From NCBI RefSeq assembly GCF_009914755.1, contig NC_060928.1: a stretch of DNA of 64,000 nucleotides; one strand, 5' to 3'. A model generated the notes under the pieces. That model made no database searches. It had not been told where the DNA came from and saw only the letters and a program-made list of their open reading frames with translations. Position 1 is the first letter of the stretch. The number at the start of each line of letters is the position of its first letter. Source of the stretch: the human T2T-CHM13v2.0 reference genome, Homo sapiens. A program made the position numbers and the translations under genes. This document shows, in pieces, positions 1 to 12,930 of the stretch.

Positions 1-213
1 ATGGAACTAAACGTTCTATATATTTTTTAAATTCGTGTATATTTTATGTCTTGAATGTCATGATAGGACCAAATTCCATGAGGTCCTCTATAACTAGGAC
101 AGTGAAAAAAACCTGACTTGTGAGATACTTATCACAAAGCAACCTTATCTGAATTCTCAATTTAAGTTTTCCAGGATAATTTACCCTACTTTTGGATTAA
201 GAAATAAAAATCT

Positions 214-726
<513 letters not shown>

Positions 727-929
727 TCATGAACATTCCTAAATCCTGATAGAGATATACAAGGACTTTGAGGCATCTTGCTGTTGCATCTTGAATGTAA
801 TCCAACTTCTCCATGTTGTATTTACCTGAATAGTCAAGATGACTTGACACAGGAGGGCATAGGGCATACTACAGTTCTTGAGTTTTTAAAAAGCATTATA
901 AATGTAAACTTTAGAAACTTACAAAGAAA

Positions 930-1350
930 AAATGCACTGATCTTATTTGTGCAACTTCCTGAGTTGTGATAAATGCAACCACTCATGAAACCACTGTCCA
1001 CATCAAGATATAGGATATTTTTTATCATGCCTGAAAATTTTCTTTTAGCCCCTTTCAGTTAATCTGCATAGCCACAGGAAACCACTATTCTGATTTCCAT
1101 AATGATAAATTAGTTCACCTAGTCTAGAACTTCATGTAAATGAAATTATATAATATATACTCTTCTCTTTCCAGGTTCCTTCACTTGGTATAATGTCTGA
1201 GATTCAACCATGTTGAGAGTATCAGTAGTTAATTCATTCTATTGTATGAATCTACAACAACTTGTTTATCCTTTCTCCTGTTCGACATTGGTTGTTTCCA
1301 GTTTGTAACTACCATTAACAGAGATGTTCTCAACATTTTGTACAAGTGTT
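930..1350 (-). mobile_element. Old L1M (L1ME-like) 3' end fragment
   Basis: Diverged antisense L1 3'UTR motifs (AACCACTATTCTGATTTC, TAGAACTTCATGTAAATGAAATTATA); boundaries approximate. Confidence 0.6.
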
Positions 1351-1449
1351 TTCAAAAGTAATTTTCAAAATATAAACTTTGTACTTTTTTGTTGTGTACT
1401 CCTATGCACATTTACTTTATTGTTTTTGATGAAAATATCAATAGGATTG

Positions 1450-2212
1450 TTTTTCCCAGATTTATTGAAATATAATTGACATATAATTGTATATATCTAA
1501 TGTATACAATGTGGTGTCTTATACATATACAATGTGAAATGATTACCACAATCAAGCTAACATATCCACCAACTCACATGGTGACAATAACCATTCTAAC
1601 AGTTATGAGGTGATATCTCCTTGTGGTTTTAATTTGCATTTCCCTGATAATTAGCAATGTTGAGCATTTCTCCATATACCTGTTGGTCATTTGCATGTCT
1701 TCTTTTGAGAAATGTCTATTCAGGTCCATTGCCTATTTGCTAATCATGATATTTGCTTGCTATTGAGTTATTAGAGTCCTTGGCATATTTTGAATATTAA
1801 TCTCTTATCATATATTTACTTGCAAATATTTTCTCACATTCCATGGGTTGTCTCTTTATTTTATTGATTTTCTTAGCTTTGTAGAAGCTTTTTAGTTTGA
1901 TGCAGTCTATTTTTGCTTGTTTTGCATGTGCTTTTTGCTATTTTATCAAAAAAATCATTCTCCAAATCTACATCAAATAGCTCCATGTTTTCTTCTAGTT
2001 GTTTTGAGTTTCAGGTCTTACATTTAAGACTAACCCATTTTGAGTTGATTTTTATATATGATGTGACATAAGGATACAATTTCATTCTTCTGCATGTAGA
2101 TATTCAGTTTTCCTAACACCACTTATTGAAGAGACTGTCTTTTATTCGTGCGTGTTATTGGTGCCTTTGTGAGAGAGCAATTGACTGTAAATGGGTGCAT
2201 TTATTTCTGAAC
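1450..2212 (-). mobile_element. L1MA-type LINE-1, 3' end and ORF2 3' part (host element, part 1)
   Basis: Antisense L1MA 3' terminus followed by typical L1 ORF2 antisense sequence (TTTGAGAAATGTCTATTCAGGTCC). Confidence 0.85.
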
Positions 2213-2224
2213 TGACAATTCTTT

Positions 2225-2990
2225 ATTATTACCATTTTTAATTGACACATAATAATTGTACATATTTATGGAGTACGGTGTGGCATTTTGATAAATGTGT
2301 ACAATGTGTAATAATCAAATCAGCACAATTAGTAAATTCATTACCTCAAACACTTATTTCTTTGTGCTGGGAACATTCAAAATCTTCTCTTCTAGCTATT
2401 TTAAAGTATACAAAAATTGTTGACTATAGTCATGCTACAATGCTATACAACAGTGGAACTAATTCCTCCTAGATAGCTATGATTTTGTATTCATTAACTG
2501 ACCTCTCCCCAGCCTCCTCTCCTGACTACACTTCCTAGTCTCTTTATTCTACTCTCTACTTCTGTAAGATCAACTTTTTTAGCTTTCACATATGAGTGAG
2601 AACATGCAATATTCATCTTTCTGTGCCTGGACTATTTTATTGCACATAATGTCTTCCAGACTCATCTATATTTATGTGATTGACAAAATTTCATTCGTTT
2701 TTATGGCTGATTAGTGTTCCAACATGCATATACACCACATTTTCTTTATCCGTTCATCTGTTGTTGGACACTTAGGTTGGTTTCATATCTTGGATATCAT
2801 GAATTGTACTGCAATAAACATAAGAGTGTAGATATCTCTTCAGCATACTGATTTTTTTTTCCTTTGAATACACAACCAGTAGTAAGATTGCTGGACTATA
2901 TAGTAATTCTATTTTTAGTTTTTTGAGGAACCACCATACTCTTTTCCATAATGGCTGTACTAATTTACATTCCCACCAACAGTGTATGAG
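2225..2990 (-). mobile_element. Second L1MA 3' end (about 760 bp, 5'-truncated) nested in the host L1
   Basis: A new L1MA 3' terminus (AATTGACACATAATAATTGTACATATTTATGG) ends at CCCACCAACAGTGTATGAG; the host L1 resumes at about 2991 where it stopped at about 2212. Confidence 0.8.
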
Positions 2991-5135
2991 TTGCTGGTTT
3001 GTGTATTCTGTTCCTTTGGTTAATATGTCTGTTTATATAACAGTACCATGCTGTTTTGTTTATTATAGCTTTGCAGTATATTTTGAAACCAGGCAGTGGG
3101 ATGTTTCTAGCTTTGTTCTTGCTCCAGGGTATTTTGTTTACTTGGGGTCTTTTGTGGTGCCAAACAAATATTAGAATTTCTTTTTCTATGTCTGTGAAAA
3201 GTGCCATTAAAATTTTGGTAGATATTTCATTAAATCTGAAGATGTCCCTGGGTCGTATGTACATTTTAACAATATTAATTCTTCCAATTCATGAACACAT
3301 GATATCTTTCCATTTATTTATATTTTTCAATTTTTGTCATCAATGTTTTATACTTTTGAGTGTACAAATCTTTTATCTCCTTAAATTTATTTCTAAGTAT
3401 CTTTTTTTTTGATGCTACTGTAAAAAGGATTGTTTTCTTCATTTCTTTTTTGGAATAGTTCATTGTTAGTGTATAGAAATTCTACTAATTTTTGTATGTT
3501 GATTTTATGTCTTTCAACTTTACTGAATTTATTTGTTAGTTCTGACAGGTTTTGTGGAGCTTTTAGTTTTTTTATATAAAAAATTCATGTCATTTACTAA
3601 CAGAGACAATTTAACTTCTTCCTTTTCAATTTGGAGGTTTTTTGTTTCTTTCTCTTACATAATTTGCTAGAACTTTCAGTACTACGTTGACAAGTGGTGA
3701 CAGTGGGCATCTTTCTCTTGTTTCTGGCCTTAGAGGAAAAGGTTTCAGCTTTTCTCCATTGAGTGTGATGTTTTCCATGGGCTTGTCCATGTGTGGTCTT
3801 TATTGTGGTCTGGTACATTTTTTCAATACCTAATTTGTTGAGTTTTCATCATGAGAGAATGTTGAATTTTGTCAAATGCTTTTTTTTTTTGCATCTACTG
3901 AAATGATTATATACTTTTTGTCCTTCATTATGTTAATCTGATGTATCACATTTGTTGATTTGTGTATGATGAACCATCCTTGTATTCCAGGCATAAGTCC
4001 CACTCAATCACAGTGAGTGATCCTTTGAACGTGGTATTGAATTCAGTTTGCCAGTATTTTGTTGAGGATTTTTACATCTGTATTCATCAGTGACATTTGC
4101 CTGTAGTTTTCTTTTCTTGTAGCCTTCTTGTCTGATTTTAGTATCAAGATAAGGCTGGCCTTGTAAAATGAGCTTGAAAGTATTCCTTTTTCTTCAATTT
4201 TTTGGAAGAGTTAGAGAAGAACTTGTATAATTTCTTTAAATGTTTGGTAGAATTCAGCAGTGAAGCTATCAAGTCATGAGGTTTTCTTTGATGTTTTTGA
4301 GGGTTTTTTTTTTATCATTTCTAATTCAATGTCCTTAATCTTTATTGGTCTATTCATGTTTTCTACTCCTTCATCAGTTAATCTTGGTAGGTTGTTTGTC
4401 TCCAGGAATGTATCTGTTTCTTCTAGGTTATTCATATTGTTGGTATACCTTTTGCACCTCTGTGGTGTCAGTTGTAATGTCATCTCTTTCATTTATGATT
4501 TTATTTTTATGTCTTATATTTTTCTTAGTCTAGCTAAAGGTTTTGGAATTTTGTTTATCTTTTCAAAAAATCAGCTCAATTTGATTAATATTTTTATTGT
4601 TTTTTCTGATGTCTATTTATTTTTGCTCTGATCTTTATTATTTTCTTTCTTCTACTAAATTTGGGCTTACTTTGTTCTTATTCTAATTCTTGGAGATGTA
4701 ACATTAAGTTGTTTGAGATTTCTCCATTTTTGATGTGAGTGTTTATTGCTGTAAATCTATTAGAAATGTTTTTGTTGTATCCCATATATTTTGGTATATT
4801 GCATGTTCATTTTTATGTCTTGAAATATTTTTAAATTTTCTTTTAATTTTTTTCTTTGACACATTGATTGTTCAGGAACATGTTTAATTTCTACATATTT
4901 GGTAATTTTCCAAAATTCCTCCTGTCATTGATTTCTACTTTTATAGTATTGTGGTTAGAAAAGATACTTGATATGATTTTAATCTTCTTAAATTTGTTAA
5001 GGCTTGTTTTGCGACCTAACATATAATCTATCCTGGAGAATGTTCCCTGTGTACTTGAAAAGAATGTGTATTCTGCTGCTGTTGGATGGAGTGTCGAATA
5101 TATGTCTGTTAGGTCCATGTAATCTTTATTGTTGC
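2991..5135 (-). mobile_element. Host L1MA ORF2 (RT to endonuclease region), degenerate
   Basis: Minus-strand translations are L1 ORF2 remnants, e.g. 4891-5139 MDLTDIYSTLHPTAAEYTFFSS...GTFSRIDYMLG (APE endonuclease domain). Confidence 0.92.
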
Positions 5136-5139
5136 TCAA

Positions 5140-5510
5140 GTTTGCTGCCTTTGACCTGGAGCCCGTGTCTGCAGGGGCTGGCCTAACACCAGGGTTTAAT
5201 GGGGTGGGCTTGGTAGCAGGGTCTGTGGCAAAGTCAGGTTCTCATTTTCCTCTCTTTTACCTTTGTGGAGGTATCTCTCAGCACAGTGCTTCCTGGGCTT
5301 AGGAGAGGAGTTTCAAAAGTAATATGAAACTCTCCTACCCTCTTCAATGTGTGTTTTCTTATTCCTGTGCTCTACCCAGGTGCTGTAACCTCTCATCTGG
5401 TTCCCTTGGCTCTTGTGAAAGTATTTTTATTTGTGAATAATTGTTCAAATTAATGTTTCTGGAAGGGATGAGGGCTGGAAACTTCTATCTACTATCTTGC
5501 TGATGTTGTT
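5140..5510 (-). mobile_element. L1M 5'UTR extreme 5' end of the same host element
   Basis: Ends in CTATCTTGCTGATGT, the reverse complement of a decayed L1M start (ACGTCAGCAAGATGGCGG-like). Confidence 0.6.
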
Positions 5511-5659
5511 CTGTCTTGAGCTGCGTTTTTAAGTAGCATGCTGCTTCTTGCTGAAAGAGCATCTAACAACCTTAAAATAGGACTCTGGTGAATACTTCCA
5601 CACCTTCAAGCATCAGAAGTCTGCCAGTCTGTGATTCCAATCCTTTCCCAACAAAAGTC

Positions 5660-5990
5660 AAATGCTAGCATAATTGAGAGAACAAGATGGTTGTCACCTT
5701 GGGAAGTAAGGAGTATGAAGAATTATTCAGGCATGTGTCACTGGGGATATAGGTGCCACTGATGCAAACAGGAAAGTGAGGAAGAAAAAGTATGATAGGG
5801 TTTGAGTTTAACTTTAGGTAAAAACAACACTACTTATGAACTGTAATGGTGATTAGGCAATAGGAGATATTTACAGCGTGGACTACAGTGTTTGATATCA
5901 GTATTTAGAAATGGTCAATAGAAAGGTAATTCAGGTTGAGGCTATTAGAAAAATGCTGATTTGACACTGCGAGATGTTGGAGTTACAAGA
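5660..5990 (-). mobile_element. L2 fragment
   Basis: Purine-rich, strongly diverged L2-like antisense sequence. Confidence 0.4.
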
Positions 5991-6518
5991 GAAAAATGAA
6001 AAGCCTCAAAGGTAAGAGAAAGAAAGAAAATGTTCCTTATTTTGATGATCCAAATTCTTAGGAGTCAAAAGTTAAAAAAAAAGCTTATTGTAAAAATTTA
6101 TGATTATTAAGTAACTTGATTACCATTAGTAAAAATACCACTTTTTAAAAGTCATAGTTAAATAAAAGTGTTTGAAAATAAAGATGGAAGGATTTCATAT
6201 TAGGGGAAAATATTGTTTATAAAATGTAAGTATATTTAAATATATTTAATTTAGAATACATCAAATGCCCTTGTAAAATATTAGAAAATTAAAACCAGAA
6301 AACAGATCTATGAACTTAACTTATCCCAGAGATTGACATATTTTTCTTCATAGTTCCAACTTATTCTAAAAGTAAATTTTACTCAGAAGTTTAAAAATAC
6401 TATTAATCATTAAGAGTTGTGTTTATTGGAATCTTTTTATGGTAGCCTTGCCTAATTACAATTAAGCTTATATTTAACTTCTGCAAATGTCAAAATAATT
6501 AATAAAGTAATCCAACAG

Positions 6519-6555
6519 CTCTCTCTCTCACTCTCTTTTCTCTCTTTCTCTCTCT
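6519..6555. repeat. (CT)n imperfect microsatellite
   Basis: Seen directly. Confidence 0.85.
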
Positions 6556-9012
6556 GTTCTCCTACAAATGTATATATATCCATGTTCAACGTGCTGCACT
6601 AGGTGCTTTGGCTGACAACAATAAGGTAGAGTCCAGAGGTAATATAAACACATGCGCAAATAATTATAATACAAGTTAGAATATTTTCTGGTTCATTAGA
6701 TATGAATTATTGAGTGGTGGTTATAAATGTTGAATACATTCTCTATTCATTCCTGATTGATTATAGTTAGGTAGCGGTGTAAGGCAAATTTTGATGGAAT
6801 GATGGCTAATTTCAAAAATCTCAATGCTATAATTTTTAGAAAATAAATAGGTATATTATGAAGCAAATAAGCCTTTTGTTCCGTTTAGAATTTCACATTG
6901 ATTTATGTAGTTTCCTGAAGAATATTTACGGCAATGTAATTAATTTTGAATGTTCAGACAATGTTATTGTCAGGCCATGCAGACTTAATTCATAGCAAGC
7001 TCTTAGGCAGAAGAAGTACATAAAATCCAAGCTGTTGACTATTAGTTTCAGTAAGTGCATTGAAGCAATTTTTAAAAAGTGCTCTTTAGGTAATTCAGAT
7101 TTTAGACTTAATCATAAACCTTTCTAGAGCATTTCTATGCCAACTAAACTTTAAATATAAACAGAAAAATCTGTATGCCAATATGTTAATAAAATCTAAG
7201 CATGATAAAGAAAAAATAGACATGCTCACTGAGATTTTAAAAGTTAAAACATTGCTTACTACATACTAGTCATAGTTGAAGAGAATTTACTAAAGATTTT
7301 GGACTCACTTAGCAGTGTGCACACATATCTTACTTACATAATTACTTGAAGCAACCACTTGAATCCATCTTGTTCATTTTGCATTTTATAAGAAAGAACA
7401 AACTAATTATGACTCTACACAGAAGACAAATATAAGCCTTGTTTGCTGGGTTCATTTAGTCGTATACCTCTGCCGCTCAGAAGAGCATAAAGTAGAGAAA
7501 AAGCAGAAGTGGTCATTATTCTGCATGTTGTAGCAGTGTGCTTAAAAGGTTAAATATCCCCTGGAGCCAACTGTCACTAAAGGATGGAAGGGATGCTGGT
7601 TTTCTTCCATGCTAGGGCACAGGCAGCAACATGCTGATCAGGAAGCCATACCTCGAGAGAATGACTTGAAATGGGCTAATGTGGACAGAGTGAAGATTTA
7701 TGTGCTGTGATGGAAGAATGAGGAAAGTGCTAGCACAAGACACAAGTCAGCCCGATGGCAAGCGAACCGTTAACGTGAGCTGAAATTCAGTGCAATATAC
7801 AAACAAGGGGCATGACAGAGAGAAAATATTTGAATATCTGCGTATGTAGGCTTACTCTAAAGGAGAACAATGTTGCCTCTTCAAAGGTCTTCAGTTGAAC
7901 TATGATAACTTGATATGTGCTCCCTTAAACTTATGTTTAGAGAGAAATAGACAATTTGAGAACACAAGAGCCAAAGTATTATAATGCGATATATTTAAAG
8001 ATTTCAAGCCATGGATACTTTCACAGACAACAGCGTGAAGCTCAGGTGGCCCAAGATATTCAATTCTGTCTAGAGCTCACTAGGTGTGGTCTTGGATCAA
8101 GTTGGTGCTGGAACAATGATGGATATACAACTCGAAAGATTTATATTCATTCTGTGGCAACTCCTAAAAATGCCCTACTTGTTTAGGGTCTTCTATATGA
8201 GGTGCCAACCCTGCAGCTACGAGTGTAGGCAGGGCTCACCTGCCCAAAGTGAGAGACGAGCATCCTTCATAAGCAGAAATATGCTTGGAAGTGGAATCAT
8301 AGCTTGTGCCGAACAGTGAGCAAAGCTTCTATGTAAGCCATGTGAATGGGTGATGGCACTTTACAGATCTGTCAAATTTACAGCCAAAATATTGGTGTCA
8401 CTTCAGTTGCTTTATTAAATATTACAGGGTATTATATGTCAAATTTTATTTCTAGTTAGCAATCCTATTACTTCATTACAGATTTGGATTATAAAATCTG
8501 AAGTGAGTTGTCATTTTGTAGCATAACTGTATCATGTTTATTTTAGTCAATTACATAGTTGATTTAAAAAACTGATTTTCTGGGTCACACAAAATTAATT
8601 TTCATATTTTTTACAAATTTGTCACAAAGACGAATCAATGACTAATACGTACTGCATTATGTTTAAATGATTGATTGTATATGGGTGAAGCTACTTCTCT
8701 AATTATAAAACTTTCCCCTGACTGCTTTCTATGTGTTTACCCTGTTGGAGTAAGAAAGGGATAAATGGCAACAATTTTCTTTTGAAATGTTATATTTTCT
8801 GAATTTATATATGGACAGTATTTTTCCCACAGTTACATGATAGTAATTGATTGATTAAATTACTATCATGTAACTGTGGGAAAAATACTGTCAATCAATT
8901 CATAAACATTATGTTGAAAACTATCGACCACTATTAGTTTAATTGGGTTTATGTTGCTCTTAGTAGGAACTAAACTATATTTACTAGCAAATAAGAATTC
9001 ATTGTAGATCTC

Positions 9013-9528
9013 TGTTGGGAGACAATCCTCTTTTCGTCTTTTGCATTTTGGCATGTCTTGGGAGCAGAGGTGGTAACTGCTGGTCTTCCGTGCTATTTTT
9101 TTCAAGGATTTGTTTAGTAGCAGATGCCTTGGAAGATAAAGATAAGTGTCTCTCTCCAGGGAAAGAGCAGGTTTGCTGAAATAACAACAACAATATCTTC
9201 CTTTAGAAGCCCTATTGTAGGCTTACTGCCTACAATATAAAATACTGGGGAACCTAAAGGCAGGGTTCCTCTCCTGTAATACAATATATTGCCACTGCAG
9301 GTACAGGTGTCCTCTACTTCTCTTTAAGTTGCCCTTTAGGAATTAAGCTTGCAGAAGTAAGACAAGAAAATGCTGATACTCTGGCTACTGATGGTTCTTG
9401 AGTAATAAAGTCCTTTGCCTCTGACCTGTGAGTCCCATGACTTTTGACAGAACCCATGAGACTGTGCCAGGCTAACTTATTAGCTTCCAAGTAGGATAAA
9501 AATCTCGGACCCTTCATTGTTCTTGGCA
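9013..9528 (+). mobile_element. LTR40-type solo LTR (ERVL)
   Basis: TG...CA termini; starts TGTTGGGAGACAATCCTC; internal AATAAAGTCCTTTG; ends AAATCTCGGACCCTTCATTGTTCTTGGCA. Confidence 0.75.
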
Positions 9529-9840
9529 GTATCATGACACAAAACAAAGAACAATGGGAGCACTTTAAGAGGAGAGAAAAGAGAAGGAGACAAGGTTTTC
9601 CCTTCAGACACTGTGAATTTCTGCCCTTGGCATGAAAGTGTGTATGTGCATTCAATTAAGTTAATATGATTTCCTTAGATTGTCATAATCTCCTAAGTGT
9701 GTGTGTGAGTGCATTTACAAGACAGGAGGCTTCTGACAGTTGTTAAAAGGATTCAGGAGCTTAGATTGTGGAAACAGCTGGTTGATTTTTCTCCATCACT
9801 TTGGCTAATAGGGGAAATGAAAGAATATACTAGGTGATTT

Positions 9841-9866
9841 TATATATATATATATATATATATATA
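9841..9866. repeat. (TA)13 microsatellite
   Basis: Seen directly. Confidence 0.95.
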
Positions 9867-10804
9867 ACTTTTAACTTTAGGTCTATAGAATATTGAGGGA
9901 TAGTTAAGATTTGATAGACTTCTGAACTGATCTATAAAATGAACTGTGTGCAGTCTTTGCCTTTATGTATTATACTTTAATGGATCAGATCAGACTTTCT
10001 CTCAAATTCTTTTTGTCTAGAGCAGGCCTGGTGAGTGAAATGCAGGTGGTGTGACTTCTGCAAAAGGTGGATTAGCCCCAAACACGTGGTGCGCGTTCAC
10101 AGGGATTCTGGGAAAAAGTCTTCCTGAAATAAACTCTTCCATTTGCTCTCAGATGCCTGGAATTCTTTACCACCAAAAGGAAATCCTTTCATCCAATGTT
10201 TACAGTAAAGGATTACAATGCACATACACTGGGAAAGGTATGCTTGCTTAAGCTGGAACCTTGCTGTACAAGAATAATAGATTTCCTAATAGCTGGTCTT
10301 CAGTCTTAAACTGGTGGTGGTAGGTCTTTATATGAAAGGGAGAAATACGGTCAGAATAATTTTGTTAATTAAGATAATTCTCATTACCCATATCCAGTGC
10401 CGGCAAGCAAATTTTTATCGTGCATGCAAACGCGACTTGATTGTCAGTGGTTTCCTAGAGGGCTGCTCAAGGATTCTAGGGCATGTCCAGGTTCATTGAG
10501 ACCGCTCTGTTGTCAGTGAGCCACGGTCTCCAGGAGCATCAAGGGAAAGTTGTTGCACATAAACTAGATATTTGGTTCCCACATTATTAGCTGCAAATGG
10601 CTTACTAAAAGTAAATGTGTCCATTTCCGATATCCTGTCATCTAGTAGCCAGGAGCTGATGTCAAAAATTAATGGCACATTTTCATTTCTTGTCTTTCTA
10701 GTTCTCCCTTCGGCAGCACCTACAGCATATTCTTGCTTCTGAGCTGAATATCTGCGTTCCTGCTAAACCAGAGATCACAGTTATCAGGTGATTGATCAAC
10801 TCCA

Positions 10805-11400
10805 GTGTATCAAATCACAAAGTTGAACAACCATATCATCTAATTTTAGACCATTTTGTCACTCCAAATCTATTGTACTTATTAGAAGTGGCTCCCCATG
10901 CCTTCTCCCCATCTCTACCGACCTCTCTGTCCTCAACTCTCAGGAACCACTAATCTATCTTCTTTCTCTATAGATGCCTCCTCTGGACATTTCATATGAA
11001 TGGATAAATATAATACGAAGTCTTTCGTCACTGCTTTCTTTCACTTAGAATGTTGTAGCATGCGTCAGCACTTCCTTCCTCTTTATCACTGAGTGGTATT
11101 CCATTGTATGGATAGGCCTCACTTGGTTTATCTACTCATTAGTGGATGTAGTTGGATGGTTTCCAGCTTTAGCTTTTATGAATAAAATTGCTATGAACAT
11201 TCCTGTGTGAGTTTTTGTGCAGACATATGTTCTTATTTCTCTTGGGTAAATACCTAGGGGTGAAATTGTTGGAAGATGTAATAATTCTGTGCTCAACATT
11301 TTGAGGAATTACCAAATTATTTTCCAAACTGGCTGCACTATTTTACATTCCTACTAGCAATGCATGAAGATTATAATTTCTACACATCTTAGCTTGTATT
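10805..11400 (-). mobile_element. L1MB-type 3' end fragment
   Basis: Antisense L1MB 3'UTR motifs (GAACCACTAATCTA, CTGGACATTTCATATGAATGG, GGGTAAATACCTAGG). Confidence 0.8.
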
Positions 11401-11910
11401 TTAGTTATAATTTCCATGTTTCTCTCCCCCAATAAACTGAAGATTGAACTCTATTTTGAGCTATTTTTCATTCATTTTTATGTTATCAGGAATCTCTAAA
11501 ATATGTAAAAATTAGAAGAGGGATGGAAGGCTGAGTGTGGATATAACTTGACAGATAGGAAATTTAAAAACTTAATCTAAGATTTTAACACTTTTTCTTG
11601 ACCTAATTTTTCCTGACCTTCTTAATGGGACAGGCTCTAATGTGCTATTTAGCCTGATTTTCACACATATTATTATGAGTACTCAAATCTAAAAATAACA
11701 ACTTTGTCAATATTTCCTCAGGACTATGACCAGGGTGCCATGAGAATGTGATATTATAATATCATCTCTGCACTTAATTTTAAAGAAGGAAATCATATTC
11801 AAATGACAATGCCTTCAACAGTGGTTCCATGAAAAGAATAGCAAATTTCTGTTCAACAATGAGCGTGAGAAAGAAAAACAGGAGAACTCAGGAAATATGA
11901 ATAGTTTAAG

Positions 11911-12521
11911 TTAGTTCAGCCATTGTGGGAAACAGTGTGGTGATTCCTCAGAGACCTAAAAACAGAAATATTATTCAACCCAGCAATCCCATTACTGTAT
12001 ATATACCCAAAGGAATATAAATCATTCTGTTATGAAGACATATGCACATGTGTGTTCACTGCAGCACTATTAACAAAAGCAAAGACACAGAATCAACACA
12101 AATGCCCATCAATGACATATTGGATAAAGAAAATGTGGTACATATACACTATGGAATACTATGCAGCCATACAAAAGAACAAGATCATGTCCTCTACAGG
12201 GACCTGGGTGGAGCTGGAAACCGTTATCCTTAGCAAACTAACGTAGGAACAGAAAACCAAATACTGTATGTTCTCACTTATAAGTGGAAGCTAAATGATG
12301 AGAACACTGGTCACATAGAGGGGAACAACACACACTGAGGCCTTTCGGAGAGTAGAGGTTAATGGGTGGGAGAAGGGAGAGAATCAGGAAAAATTACTAA
12401 TGGGTAGAGGGCTTAATACCTGGCTGATGAAATAATCTGTACAACAGACCCCCATGACACAAGTTTACCTGTGTAACAAACCTGCACTTGTACTCCTGAA
12501 CTTCAAAGTTAAAAAAAAAAA
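11911..12521 (+). mobile_element. L1PA (about PA12-15) 3' end, 5'-truncated
   Basis: ORF2 C-terminus remnant (MFTAALLTKAKTQNQHKCPS...WYIYTMEYYAAI), 3'UTR with AATCTGTACAACAGACCCCCATGACACAAG, A tail. Confidence 0.9.
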
Positions 12522-12856
12522 CACTTAAAGTAAAAATAAAACTGTACAATTAATGAGACTTTTTATGTCAAAAAAGCCATTAAATAATATTCTCTTGCAC
12601 GTTACATATTGAATTTCGCTACAACCTTTTCTGTTTTACCTAAGTTTTTCAGAACTGACATAGATTGTGTTAATTACACAAAAATTCAGAGGGTGGCAAG
12701 AGTACATACATTTCCATATTTTAATCTTCACCTTGCAAGAAGGCACATGTGGCTTAGAAGCTCTTCCGTCCAGGACTGAGGTATTTACCTGACATATCTT
12801 AGATGTCAGTGAATCAACTGTCAGCATTTATTGATCATCTTCCAGGATATTAGTGC

Positions 12857-12930
12857 TTTGCAAGTATCTCTGGATTAATGAGTAAACATTTTGCAAGTGA
12901 TTTGCAAGTATCTCTGGATTAATGAGTAAA
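12857..12930 (+). repeat. Perfect 30-bp direct repeat with 14-nt spacer
   Basis: TTTGCAAGTATCTCTGGATTAATGAGTAAA at 12857-12886 and 12901-12930. Confidence 0.95.

Noticed and set aside
2923-5186. Cluster of ORFs with endonuclease/RT-like peptides
   Set aside because: Frameshifted remnants of an old L1 ORF2; not an active or novel RT system
7956-8319. Two overlapping plus-strand ORFs in unique sequence
   Set aside because: Short, non-ATG starts, no recognisable domain and no convincing exon pair
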